From: a virus
Strand: one strand, 5' to 3'
DNA length: 64,000 nucleotides
IMG/VR virus record: IMGVR_UViG_3300043539_002606
Span: 19,607 to 83,606 of that record
Shown here: positions 50,107 to 59,496 of the stretch, one piece after another
How the letters are laid out: the number at the start of each line of letters is the position of its first letter
Numbering within the stretch: the stretch's first letter is position 1
Position numbers and translations under genes: made by a program
Notes under the pieces: model-generated
Database searches by the model: none
What the model saw: the letters and a program-made list of their open reading frames with translations, nothing else
Told to the model about the DNA's origin: nothing

Positions 50107-51096
50107 TTAATCAGTTATTAATAGTTTAGCGATTTCGTTTGCATGCAATGCTTTTGTTTCTTTAAATGTTAAACTAATATCGGTTTCAAGGGGTGAATTA
50201 TCATGGAAATATGAATTGTTTGATGAATTATAGTTTACATCACAGCCTTGTAAATAGCATTCATAAAATGATGAAAGAGGTTTTAGCACTGTTCCGTCAT
50301 TAGTTTGTGTTGCTGATAGAATAGTTAATTTCCATTTTGGTGGATATTTTAAAAGAAAGCCTTCAACTTCACCATAAACAGCAATTTGAAATAAGCGTGC
50401 GATTTGTTTTATAGTTTCAGCTTCTTGTTGTGACGATGGTATTAGTTTATATTCAAATGAATATTCACGAGTATTTGTACCATCAAATGATGTCACGATA
50501 TATGGGTTAAAACGTGCACGAGCAGCAATTCCAACAGCAGCTTTCATGCCTTCATCTTGAATAGCCCCAGAAACTGCAGCCAAAATTCCAGATTTAATAT
50601 CAGTGCCAGTCGCTCTTTGCCAGGCAGAGCCGGCTTGACCAAGTAAACCTCCAATTGCTTCTTCAGTATTTTTACTATTTTTCAAAGTATTAAGGCCGCT
50701 TAGCGTTTCATTTCCCATTATTCCGAGCTCTGAATCATTATACGTAGAAGAGTTGCTATATGATAAACCTTCGGGTGCCGGCAAATATACGCATGTTCCA
50801 GCTTCAATAATACTATGTGCTTGCAAGCATCTAAGTTCAAGCATTGGTCTATTTAAACCTATTAGCTCTGATGGAAACACTAGTCCATTTTTAGATTTTC
50901 CTAAACTGCCTTTATAACGTTTTTTAAAATCATCTAAAGAGCTTTCTTTGTTTCTGCCTTTATTAAATTCAGAACTAACATCAACATTTTTTGCTGAATT
51001 CAATACATCAGTTGCAGTAGCTAAAGAATCCTTAGCTGCATCCAATGCTGGTGTTGCATTTGGCATTGGGGGAATAGTAAAATTCGGAAACGGCAT
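50107..51096 (-). CDS. gp48: Baseplate tail-tube cap
   Basis: VYLPAP, NPY...FDG...REYSFEYKLIPSSQQEA, C.L..CDVNY, ISLTFKE; start at ATG 51096 after TATAAATA. Confidence 0.8.
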   Translation of the reverse strand: MPFPNFTIPPMPNATPALDAAKDSLATATDVLNSAKNVDVSSEFNKGRNKESSLDDFKKRYKGSLGKSKNGLVFPSELIGLNRPMLELRCLQAHSIIEAGTCVYLPAPEGLSYSNSSTYNDSELGIMGNETLSGLNTLKNSKNTEEAIGGLLGQAGSAWQRATGTDIKSGILAAVSGAIQDEGMKAAVGIAARARFNPYIVTSFDGTNTREYSFEYKLIPSSQQEAETIKQIARLFQIAVYGEVEGFLLKYPPKWKLTILSATQTNDGTVLKPLSSFYECYLQGCDVNYNSSNNSYFHDNSPLETDISLTFKETKALHANEIAKLLITD

Positions 51097-51101
51097 AATT
51101 C

Positions 51102-51113
51102 TATTTATAGATA
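51102..51113. promoter_or_regulatory. Overlapping divergent late promoters for gp48 (-) and gp4 (+)
   Basis: TATAAATA on the minus strand at 51102-51109 and TATAGATA on the plus strand at 51106-51113. Confidence 0.7.
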
Positions 51114-51117
51114 GGGC

Positions 51118-51567
51118 ATGAGCAAATATTACAAAGGAAAATTTAGGCCTCAAAACATAGCAAAATATAGAGGTGATTTTTCAAATATTGTTTATCGCAG
51201 TCTTTGGGAGAGACAAGTCTTTAAGTGGTGTGATACCAATCCAAATGTAAAGAGCTGGAGCAGCGAAGAGATTGTCATACCATATCGATGCAGAACTGAT
51301 GGCAAGATGCATCGATATTTTGTTGATCTGCTCGTTGAGTTTGTTTCGGGTCAGAAATATTTGATTGAAATAAAACCAAAAAAACAAACCATACAGCCTC
51401 AGCCTAAAAAAATCAAAACAAAAAAGTATCTAACAGAGGTAATGACCTATGCTAAAAACCTATCAAAATGGGAAGCAGCACAAAGCTATTGTGAAGATCG
51501 AGGCATAACCTTTGAAGTATGGCATGAAGATACTCTAAAAGCACTTGGCATCAAGCTACTAACATAA
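51118..51567 (+). CDS. gp4: Head completion nuclease
   Basis: YKGKFRPQN..KYRGD..NIVYRSLWE...WSSEEIVIPY...HRYFVD...EIKP. Confidence 0.93.
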   Translation: MSKYYKGKFRPQNIAKYRGDFSNIVYRSLWERQVFKWCDTNPNVKSWSSEEIVIPYRCRTDGKMHRYFVDLLVEFVSGQKYLIEIKPKKQTIQPQPKKIKTKKYLTEVMTYAKNLSKWEAAQSYCEDRGITFEVWHEDTLKALGIKLLT

Positions 51568-51575
51568 ATATAGTT

Positions 51576-52334
51576 ATGTCTATGCTAGAAGATTTAAAAG
51601 CAGCAATAAAAAAGCACGGCAGCATTGCGCGTACAAATCGATTTAAAGTTGATTTTACTGGCATAAGAGCCTATGCGTCTTCTGATGATGAGATTCGTGA
51701 TCTTGAATATTTTCTTGAAGATGTTAATATACCAGGCAAAGATGTCGAAACAATTGACTATAGTTTATATCGTAATCCTATAGCCTATGCAACTGGCTAT
51801 AAAAATAGTGACTTTAACATGAAGTTTCGTGCACCAACAAATATGTTTGTCAAACGAATTTTTGATCGTTGGATAGAACAAATCATACCACGTGAAGATT
51901 ATAAACTTCGTTATCGTAACGAAACGACTGCAGATTTTACGATTACGCAAACATCTGAAAGAACATGGGATCATGATAAGTTCCTTGGTATTGACTATTA
52001 TAGTGTTGTGATACTTGATGCATATCCAATTAGTATTAGCTCAATTGAATATAGTAATACACAAGAAGGTGAATATGTATCATTTAACGTTGATTTTGCA
52101 TTTAGAGATGTTAGATATTTTACACCAAAGGGAACAGTCATAGTTGGACCAATAGAAGAATTACCAATAGAAAATAATTCAACAGGTGTAGTTCCGGCAA
52201 ATCCACAAAATTATACTCCTGAACAAATACCAGAGGCATCAAAGACTCCACAACAAGGCAACTCTTCTCCATCCAGAAGCGAACTTCTTAAAAAACAATC
52301 GCCGTCTAATCAATCAAATAATAATCTAACATAG
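51576..52334 (+). CDS. Baseplate tail-tube initiator (gp54/gp19-like)
   Basis: IARTNRFKV, VNIPGK, FDRWI, LDAYPISISSIEYS, FNVDFAFR. Confidence 0.72.
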   Translation: MSMLEDLKAAIKKHGSIARTNRFKVDFTGIRAYASSDDEIRDLEYFLEDVNIPGKDVETIDYSLYRNPIAYATGYKNSDFNMKFRAPTNMFVKRIFDRWIEQIIPREDYKLRYRNETTADFTITQTSERTWDHDKFLGIDYYSVVILDAYPISISSIEYSNTQEGEYVSFNVDFAFRDVRYFTPKGTVIVGPIEELPIENNSTGVVPANPQNYTPEQIPEASKTPQQGNSSPSRSELLKKQSPSNQSNNNLT

Positions 52335-52345
52335 ATAAAATTGAT

Positions 52346-53053
52346 ATGAAATTACCAACCTTAAACACTCCAAAATATAGTCTTAAAGTGCCTAGCACTG
52401 GTCAGACAGTTGAATATCGTCCGTTTCTCGTTAAAGAAGAAAAGATTCTTATGATTGCCCAAGAGAGCGGCAAGCCTGAGGATGTTACACGCGCGATGCT
52501 TGACATTATTCATGCATGTACATTTGGTGCAGTTGATCCGCAAAAACTTGCTAGTTTCGATCTTGAATATATCTTCGTAAAACTTCGCACTAAGAGCGTC
52601 GGTGAAGATGTTGAAGTCGGATTAAAATGTGATAGTTGCGGTGCACTAAATCATGTAAGCATTAATCTTGAACAGATTGACATGATTGGTGAAACAAAAC
52701 TGCCAAAGAAGATCATGCTTACCGATAAGATTGGCATTGTTCCAAAATACATCTCGATTAAAGACGTTGAAGCCATTACTGCTCATCAAGATGATAAAGC
52801 AAAAAGTCTAATTATGACAATTGCTGCAAGCATCTCTAGTATTTTTGATGAAAGCAATGTATATGATATGACAGAAGCAAGCTATGAAGAGATTGATACC
52901 TTTATTAGTAGTTTGAATCGTCAGCAACTGGCTAAGATTGAAGAGCTTATTCAAAACTCACCTAAATTTGAAAAAGATGTCACATTCAAATGCATAGGCT
53001 GCGATCACGAGAATAGTCACAAACTTAGTGGCATACAGAGTTTTTTCGAATAG
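52346..53053 (+). CDS. gp26: Baseplate hub assembly protein
   Basis: LPTLNTPKY..KVPSTG..VEYRPFLVKEEKIL, FDLEYIF..LR.KSVGE, two CxxC pairs, GIQSFF. Confidence 0.85.
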   Translation: MKLPTLNTPKYSLKVPSTGQTVEYRPFLVKEEKILMIAQESGKPEDVTRAMLDIIHACTFGAVDPQKLASFDLEYIFVKLRTKSVGEDVEVGLKCDSCGALNHVSINLEQIDMIGETKLPKKIMLTDKIGIVPKYISIKDVEAITAHQDDKAKSLIMTIAASISSIFDESNVYDMTEASYEEIDTFISSLNRQQLAKIEELIQNSPKFEKDVTFKCIGCDHENSHKLSGIQSFFE

Positions 53054-53238
53054 CTCTCTCCCATGATAGTCTTCTAAATCATTATAAGACTAATTTTTCA
53101 ATGATGCAGCATCATAAATACAGTTTGACGGAACTCGATAATATGATGCCTTGGGAGAGAGAAATCTACGTTTCGTTGCTTGTTAAATGGATAAAGGAAG
53201 AAGAAGCAAGACAAAAAACTAAATCAAATGGACGATAA
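53041..53238 (+). CDS. gp51-like hub assembly catalyst, probably made as a -1 frameshift extension of gp26 (first in-frame ATG at 53101)
   Basis: The -1 frame is open from TTTTTTC: RIALSHDSLLNHYKTNFSMMQHHKYSLTELDNMMPWEREIYVSLLVKWIKEEEARQK. Confidence 0.75.
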   Translation, partial: FFRIALSHDSLLNHYKTNFSMMQHHKYSLTELDNMMPWEREIYVSLLVKWIKEEEARQKTKSNGR

Positions 53239-55381
53239 AACCCTATTGCAAAGTCTAACCAACGAAATAAAAAAGCTTAACGAAAAAACAGCAGCTGATT
53301 CAAAAGTCTTGCGTGATAGTCTCACGCAAGACGCTGTTATTTCTCAGGGCATAAAGAACTTAAATAAGCAATTTGAAAAATCATCAAAGGAAGACAAACA
53401 AATTCAAGAGGATTCAAAATCATTGCTTGAAGAAATTCGTGATGCAATAAAGAATGATTCCAACGCAAATCCAGGAGGCATAGCACAAGCAGCTAATCTT
53501 GAAAATCTATCGACATTATTTTTCAAAATGGTTGATAGCACTAAGGATCTGATTGATGTAAATAAGAAACTCAATAAAAATATTGAAGGACTTAAACAAT
53601 CAACTGACTCATTAAGCGGCAGACTTGGTCGTTTCTTTAATATGAGTTCAACCGCTCCAGTTGGACCAACTCCAACAACAGCACCAACATCTGATGCATC
53701 GACTACAACTGCCTTAACTACACAAACAAGAGTTGGAGAATATCAAAAGGCTGCGGCCGCTCTTGGATCTTTCTTTGATGCTATTAATAATTTTAAGGTT
53801 TTGCCAGCATTTAAGGCAAGTCTTTTCATGCCTCTTATTATTAATAATCTCGTAAAGGCAATGCAAAAATTTGATAAAGCCGATGTGTTTGGTAAAATGC
53901 GAGTAACAAGCACAAAGACAAAACTTGGTAAAAAAACGGTTGATGAAACGTTTGATTATAGCGCAAACATTTTTGAATCAATACAAAAACTTGCCGATAG
54001 TTTAAATGTCATTCAGAATATTAAAATGGCAAAAACATGGCTAAATGTAAAACTTTTGTCGATGCTTATTGTTCCAAGCATAATAAAGGCAGTTAGCAAG
54101 TTTGATAAAGTTAAAACAACAACAGCAAATAAGATTGAAAAAATCGGAGAAAGTATTGGTAAGTTTTTAAAACCACTTACTGATTTTATGAGCTCATTTT
54201 TAAAAATGGGATTAGGATTGATTGCGGTCGCTGGAGGAATTGTAGCGTTGACTGGTGCGGCATATCTTGTATCTAAAATTGACACAGGATCATTACTCAA
54301 AGGCGGAATCGCTATTGGCACCTTTCTTACAACAGCTATATTAGCTAGCTCAGTTGCTGGAAAAGCAAATTCAACAAGTATTGCTTTAATTGTTTTAGGT
54401 GCAGCTATGATACCGTTTGCATATGGTTTAAGTCTATTAAAGAACGTAGGTTGGAGTCAAATTGCGGCCGCAGGTGCGTCTATTGTTGGTTTAATATATG
54501 CTCTATCTAAAGGAGGAGAAGCATTAGCAACAAATCCAAAAGCTTTATTGGGTCTCGGATTAATAACTTTAGCTATTGCTGGTATAGGTTGGTCAATGAA
54601 AATGCTAGGCGAAGCGGCAAATCTTTTTAATAGTGTTGATCCTATGAAATTGCTAAAGGTTGCTGGCGCAATGCTTGCTTTAAGCTTGAGTATATTACCT
54701 CTTGTTGTTTTTGCTCCATTCGTTGGTATATTATCATTATCAATGGCAGTACTCGCTGCAACTTTAATGGCACTATCTAAAGTTGGATTACAGCTTGAAC
54801 CAGTTACTAATTTTTTCAATGATTTTAAATCATTTATAAAAGAAATTGAAATAAGTAAAATTCTTGGTCTAAGTGCAGCAATTGGTACATTAGGTCTCGC
54901 TATAAGTGCATTTGCTGCATCTAATTTTAGTGTAGGCATTTCTGATGCATTTAGTGGTATAATCGGATTTTTCACTGGAGAAAAAAGTATAATTGAAAAA
55001 CTTAAAGAATTGTCATCATTAACTGGTTTATCAGTAGTTGGAATGGGAGTAAAAGATCTCGCTGAGGGCATGAATATGCTAGCTCAACTACAAAGTGGAT
55101 CATTTGCTGGATTTAATGAATTCCCTTGGGATAAAGTAAAGGAAATTTCAAAGGAACTTCAAGATGGTGCTACACTGCAAATCATACCCGTTCTTAATGC
55201 TAATAGTCTCAACAGCCAAAAGCTAGAAACAACAGGCGCAACTATGAGTGGAGGCAGCCAAGTAATTGTAACAAATGTAACAAATAACGGTGGCAATGTA
55301 AGCAATACAAACGTATCGAATAGCAGCAGAAATATTCGAATGGCGCCAAGCATTGAAACAGGCAGCGCTCTAGGTTATTAA
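53228..55381 (+). CDS. Tape measure protein (gp29-like position)
   Basis: 717 aa, helical, long Ala/Gly/Leu hydrophobic repeats, C-terminal VTNVTNN; follows gp26/gp51. Confidence 0.72.
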   Translation: MDDKTLLQSLTNEIKKLNEKTAADSKVLRDSLTQDAVISQGIKNLNKQFEKSSKEDKQIQEDSKSLLEEIRDAIKNDSNANPGGIAQAANLENLSTLFFKMVDSTKDLIDVNKKLNKNIEGLKQSTDSLSGRLGRFFNMSSTAPVGPTPTTAPTSDASTTTALTTQTRVGEYQKAAAALGSFFDAINNFKVLPAFKASLFMPLIINNLVKAMQKFDKADVFGKMRVTSTKTKLGKKTVDETFDYSANIFESIQKLADSLNVIQNIKMAKTWLNVKLLSMLIVPSIIKAVSKFDKVKTTTANKIEKIGESIGKFLKPLTDFMSSFLKMGLGLIAVAGGIVALTGAAYLVSKIDTGSLLKGGIAIGTFLTTAILASSVAGKANSTSIALIVLGAAMIPFAYGLSLLKNVGWSQIAAAGASIVGLIYALSKGGEALATNPKALLGLGLITLAIAGIGWSMKMLGEAANLFNSVDPMKLLKVAGAMLALSLSILPLVVFAPFVGILSLSMAVLAATLMALSKVGLQLEPVTNFFNDFKSFIKEIEISKILGLSAAIGTLGLAISAFAASNFSVGISDAFSGIIGFFTGEKSIIEKLKELSSLTGLSVVGMGVKDLAEGMNMLAQLQSGSFAGFNEFPWDKVKEISKELQDGATLQIIPVLNANSLNSQKLETTGATMSGGSQVIVTNVTNNGGNVSNTNVSNSSRNIRMAPSIETGSALGY

Positions 55382-55382
55382 T

Positions 55383-55414
55383 AAAAAAAGGTCAGAGGTT
55401 GCCCTCTGACCTTT
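55383..55414. terminator. Terminator between the convergent tape measure and gp32 genes
   Basis: AAAGGTCAGAGG-ttgc-CCTCTGACCTTT; T7 tail on the minus strand. Confidence 0.88.
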
Positions 55415-55434
55415 GAGATTATCTTATATGACGA

Positions 55435-56355
55435 TTAGCCTTGTGCGGCCAATTTCTTGAAATATTCAAGAGGATCATCGCCGTCTTCATCATCTTCATC
55501 AAACTTACTTGATGCTACAGCTGGAGCAGGAGCTTCTGCAGTGCGTGACAATCCAGCATGTGCTGGCTCGTTAATCATCTCAACTTGAGAGATGCTTCGC
55601 GCACCGTTAACTTCTTCTTCTCCAAGAACTTCAATAAGCTTGCGCTTAAGTTCTTCATAGCTCTTATAGTTCTTAGGATCAACAAAGTCAGAAAGACTAT
55701 GCAGACTATCATATGCTTCTTTAAGCATATCTTCGTCACCAGTAAAGAGTTGGCTTGAACTATCAAACTCGCTCTTATCATAGTTGCGATAGCCTTCAAC
55801 CTTACGAATCTTAAGTTTGAAGTTTGCACCCTCCCAGAAATCAAATGGATTTACTGGAGTTTCATCTTGAAACTGAGGCTGCATGATATCCATGATCTTA
55901 TCAAAGATCTTTTTACCATATTTGAAGAGCATGACTTTGCCTTCATTTGCTGGATTGCCAGGATCTGCAACGACAAGAATGTTGCTAACATAATGCAAAC
56001 GGCGTTTGCGATCACGTACAATTTCTTTATCGCTTTCGACTCCGCTATTCCAGAGACGAGCATTAATCTCGGCGCATGGATCATCTTTGCCGATACTAGT
56101 CAAGCTGTTTTCAATATACCAACGACCAGTTGGTCCTTTGAAACCATGATCCCAGTAACGAACCCATGGCAGATCTTCTCCATCCTTTTGTGGCAAGAAG
56201 CGAATGACTGCATAGCCATTGCCGCTCTTATCAACTGTTGGATTCCAGAAACGATCATCACCATATGATTTAGTTGCTCCACCTACTTTTTCAGCAGCTT
56301 TGACGAGTTTATCAATAGCGCTTTGACGATTTGCTTTTAGTTTATCGAATGACAT
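55435..56355 (-). CDS. gp32: Single-stranded DNA-binding protein
   Basis: DDRFW.P.VDKSGNGYAVIRFLP, HGFKGPTGRWYIENSLTSIG..DP, YGKKIFDKI, GANFKLKIR, acidic tail. Confidence 0.97.
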   Translation of the reverse strand: MSFDKLKANRQSAIDKLVKAAEKVGGATKSYGDDRFWNPTVDKSGNGYAVIRFLPQKDGEDLPWVRYWDHGFKGPTGRWYIENSLTSIGKDDPCAEINARLWNSGVESDKEIVRDRKRRLHYVSNILVVADPGNPANEGKVMLFKYGKKIFDKIMDIMQPQFQDETPVNPFDFWEGANFKLKIRKVEGYRNYDKSEFDSSSQLFTGDEDMLKEAYDSLHSLSDFVDPKNYKSYEELKRKLIEVLGEEEVNGARSISQVEMINEPAHAGLSRTAEAPAPAVASSKFDEDDEDGDDPLEYFKKLAAQG

Positions 56356-56389
56356 ATATGTTGTATTGTTGTTTTTGTGTTGTTGTATT

Positions 56390-56418
56390 ATTGTATACTA
56401 ATTTTGTTGTTTTGTAAA
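56390..56418 (-). promoter_or_regulatory. Sigma70-type promoter for gp32
   Basis: TTTACA-N17-TACAAT on the minus strand. Confidence 0.6.
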
Positions 56419-57030
56419 TAACGAAATGATAATTTCTCGTAGTTTTTTCTTATCAACGTGTTGAACCAAAAATGGACTATAAGCTCTTATCAGGTGTGAT
56501 AGATCCTTTGATAAATCAAAGGGATCACTCAATTTTTTATCTAGATCCTTTGAAAAGCCAAGTAGAGATTCAAGCGAAGCAAGAGTCTCTAATGATATTT
56601 CTCCCGATCTATATAATCTATATATGGTTGGAATTTCTGATAGATTTGAGGGACAAATTGCTTGATCGAAATCAGGCTCAGTCTCTAAGATCTTTTTCAT
56701 ATCCGACTTAAAAATATAATAGATGTTTTGCAAACGACCAGTCCAAATTTCATAATCTTCTTGGCTCATATCGCCAATCCAGGTTTTGCCATTGATTATG
56801 TTACTAACCACATAGCCAATAATCTGGTCTCGACTATAAAACTGTTTTGCAAGTCGTTCATATGCATGCCTTTGACCCATTTTCATAAAGGTCTCGCGTT
56901 TACAACGAGGTCCCTTAAAGTTAAATGAAAAGGCATTGTAATTTTTGCCTGGTGTAAAATGCAATTTGCATGCAACAAATATACTCCAAGCATCGACTGG
57001 ATTAATCTTTTCGCATGATGACATTGACAT
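56398..57030 (-). CDS. gp59: Helicase loader
   Basis: AW..F...KLHFT..KNYNAF, IYRLY.SGEISLETL; lies between gp33 and gp32; start reassigned to 57030. Confidence 0.85.
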   Translation of the reverse strand: MSMSSCEKINPVDAWSIFVACKLHFTPGKNYNAFSFNFKGPRCKRETFMKMGQRHAYERLAKQFYSRDQIIGYVVSNIINGKTWIGDMSQEDYEIWTGRLQNIYYIFKSDMKKILETEPDFDQAICPSNLSEIPTIYRLYRSGEISLETLASLESLLGFSKDLDKKLSDPFDLSKDLSHLIRAYSPFLVQHVDKKKLREIIISLFTKQQN

Positions 57031-57031
57031 A

Positions 57032-57292
57032 TTATACTGGCAATTCAAATGTATTGTTATTTCTTGGCAACAGGTTTGATCGTTTGGCTTCTTGTTCAAG
57101 CTTGCTGCGCAATGAATTGTCAACAAGCTGGCCAATATCCTCTGGATCAATTTTTAATTCTTCACAAATATGCAATGCAGCCTCGATATAACTCATGTCA
57201 TCTCGATATACGTGCAAGCCTACTCGTGAAGCAAACTCTTCTTTACTTATTGCGATTGGCAATGTTTCTAATAATTCTTGATTCTTTTTCAT
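57032..57292 (-). CDS. gp33: Late promoter co-activator
   Basis: MSYIEAAL.ICEE..IDPE....LV...L.SKLE.EA...NLL. Confidence 0.88.
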   Translation of the reverse strand: MKKNQELLETLPIAISKEEFASRVGLHVYRDDMSYIEAALHICEELKIDPEDIGQLVDNSLRSKLEQEAKRSNLLPRNNNTFELPV

Positions 57293-58515
57293 CGTGTCTC
57301 TGAAGTTTTAACTATAATCATATTTGAATTGATTCGACCATTGACTGCTTTCTTTTTAGTAGTTAGAGCATCAAGTGCCTTATCAAGTTTTTTATCAGTC
57401 ATGCTAATCACATTTGCGAGCACATCGTGTGGCTTACGACAAGATATTGCATAGCTTGACGATGGCTCATAGTTGAGCAGCGTGCTGCCTTTAACAGAGA
57501 AGCCACTGGCGTTTTGTGCATAATAGACTAGCAGCTGTTTGTTTTTAGTATTAAACAAATAGAGTCTTTGCGCAAAGGGCACACGAGTTGGGTCGACGCT
57601 ATTAATGTTATATTCTTTGCTATCTTTTGCAAAGTTTAGTTTGCTGACTTGTGCGCCTGCTGCCTTTGGTTTTTTAACTCGTGGCTTGCGAGCTCCAGCT
57701 TTGATCTTGCCATATTGACTGCAACTTTCTAGCATGCCATTGAAAATATCAACAATCTTTTTAAGTTGTGGTCGTGATAGCCAACTATAGCCTTGAACAA
57801 GTTGTGGACATGTCTTATCATATGCCTCTTGAAATTCAGAGAGATGACGCGATATCCATTGCACAATTGGTTTTAAGCCTGCAGCTGGCACATTATGAGC
57901 ATGACAAATTGAAGAGACATCACAGCCATTAATTTTTGCAGGTGTAATATCGCTTGTAATCTTGCAAAGACTTTCAAGCCAATCTTCAAGCTCAGGCAAT
58001 ACTATACTCTCGACATTTTTAGTCATGCGTTCATGAGGATTGGCCACAACCTTTTTGGGTTTTTCTGGAGTGTTGCATGCTTGTAGCTTATATTCAAGAA
58101 TCACTCGATCAAGCTCTTCACGTATAATTTGTGACGCTGACTTTGGTCGTGGTGTATAGTCTTCAGTCTTAAATTTCTGAAAACGTTCTTCTGCATCATG
58201 ATGAAGATCTGTCATGCCACGCTGCAGCATACGACAGAGTTTGCCAACTGTTGATGGCATTGCATGGTTGGGTGCACCATTAACAAGTGCAATATCAGTT
58301 TTCTTATAACCATTTTCTCCCATCCATTTTATGACAAATGGCAGCAAACTACCACTATCACAATAATATGCATAAAAACCAAGCGCTCGGGTTAGACGCG
58401 CATAATATGCATCAAAGCTAAGAGAGGAGGCATCATTCCATGACGGCTCCTCTCCAGTATATTTCACATCAAAGGCAGCAACGTTGCCTCGCTTATCAAG
58501 TATCTTATTTTTCAT
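57289..58515 (-). CDS. Conserved T4-like hypothetical protein (408 aa)
   Basis: RKPRVKK...VSKL, LYLFNTK, GFSVKGSTL, RKP, NGRIN motifs. Confidence 0.7.
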   Translation of the reverse strand: MKNKILDKRGNVAAFDVKYTGEEPSWNDASSLSFDAYYARLTRALGFYAYYCDSGSLLPFVIKWMGENGYKKTDIALVNGAPNHAMPSTVGKLCRMLQRGMTDLHHDAEERFQKFKTEDYTPRPKSASQIIREELDRVILEYKLQACNTPEKPKKVVANPHERMTKNVESIVLPELEDWLESLCKITSDITPAKINGCDVSSICHAHNVPAAGLKPIVQWISRHLSEFQEAYDKTCPQLVQGYSWLSRPQLKKIVDIFNGMLESCSQYGKIKAGARKPRVKKPKAAGAQVSKLNFAKDSKEYNINSVDPTRVPFAQRLYLFNTKNKQLLVYYAQNASGFSVKGSTLLNYEPSSSYAISCRKPHDVLANVISMTDKKLDKALDALTTKKKAVNGRINSNMIIVKTSETR

Positions 58516-58753
58516 ATTCTGCTGAGATTAGACTATCATATTTGAAACTGCGCCAGCCGTTTTTCTCGAGATCGTAAACTCGAACTGGAGAATCCTCAGT
58601 TTCAACAATAGTGTTTTTGGGAATTGCATCTTCGGGCAAGAGTGAGAGGTTTTTAGTAGCTCTCATAGCTCGATGCTCGCCATCTTTTTTAATGAATGTG
58701 ATATTGCACACACCGCTTCTTAGACTCTCATTGAGTTGTTGTTTGTCCATCAT
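58505..58753 (-). CDS. SH3/WYL-like small protein (DUF2693 type)
   Basis: LR.G...ITF.KKDGE.R.M.AT...VYDLEKNGWRSF. Confidence 0.8.
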   Translation of the reverse strand: MMDKQQLNESLRSGVCNITFIKKDGEHRAMRATKNLSLLPEDAIPKNTIVETEDSPVRVYDLEKNGWRSFKYDSLISAEYEK

Positions 58754-59490
58754 AATAGTTTTGCTCTTTCAGTTAATAAAAATTTGCTTGCTAAATCTGC
58801 GTTGAATTCTGTTTTTAGTTTGCTTGATTCCATGACTTTCACTAGTTCATTTTTTCCTGCTTCAACCATGCTAACTAAATCATCTTTAGTAAAAAGTTCA
58901 GGTTTAGTTTTAACAGCCATTAGCAATTCATGATACTCACGATCAACATCGCTGACTCGAACAACATACTCGCCATGCTCATAGAGATATTTTCCAACAA
59001 AGACTAGGCGCAGCAATTGAGTAAAATTTTTGGGACTAAATCCAAATGTTTCAAGCTTTTGTTTTCTTAAACTTCCTAGTTGGCCTTTACGCTCGCCTAT
59101 AGCGCGTCGAGTTTCTGAGTGAACATAGCCAAGCAAACTCTGCTTTAATTTTTCACTATCAAATAGTTCATATTTTCTAGAGCGTAGATATTCAAACTCA
59201 GGAGTCATAACACTAAATGCGCTAAGCGGCGCAAATAAGACTTCCATTACTTGAGTATTTGTTTTTCTTAGTAGACTTAGAAAGTGGGCTAGTTCATAAA
59301 AGGCGGCGTCAACGTCTCCAGTTTTTACCATGCTTGAATGATCTTTGAAGCCTGCTGCAACCTGTAAATCAGTTGTTGCATAGACTCCACGATAATCAGT
59401 ATCGCTCTCTGGAGTATCAAGTCCATAGAGCTTACTGCCGCCAACAAGAAGCGCATGAGTTTTTGTTTGTGGATGTTCAACATTTAACAT
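58750..59490 (-). CDS. Pol-beta-family nucleotidyltransferase (YcgL/RlaP-like)
   Basis: GGSKLYGLDTPESDTDYRGVY signature. Confidence 0.82.
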   Translation of the reverse strand: MLNVEHPQTKTHALLVGGSKLYGLDTPESDTDYRGVYATTDLQVAAGFKDHSSMVKTGDVDAAFYELAHFLSLLRKTNTQVMEVLFAPLSAFSVMTPEFEYLRSRKYELFDSEKLKQSLLGYVHSETRRAIGERKGQLGSLRKQKLETFGFSPKNFTQLLRLVFVGKYLYEHGEYVVRVSDVDREYHELLMAVKTKPELFTKDDLVSMVEAGKNELVKVMESSKLKTEFNADLASKFLLTERAKLL

Positions 59491-59496
59491 GCAGAC

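Noticed and set aside
51097-51153. Extended N-termini given by the ORF track for gp48 (and similarly gp59, gp55, gp5)
   Set aside because: The extensions overlap neighbouring genes or promoters; downstream ATGs fit promoter position and family N-termini better.
54457-55071. 204-aa minus strand ORF
   Set aside because: Antisense shadow of the tape measure gene.
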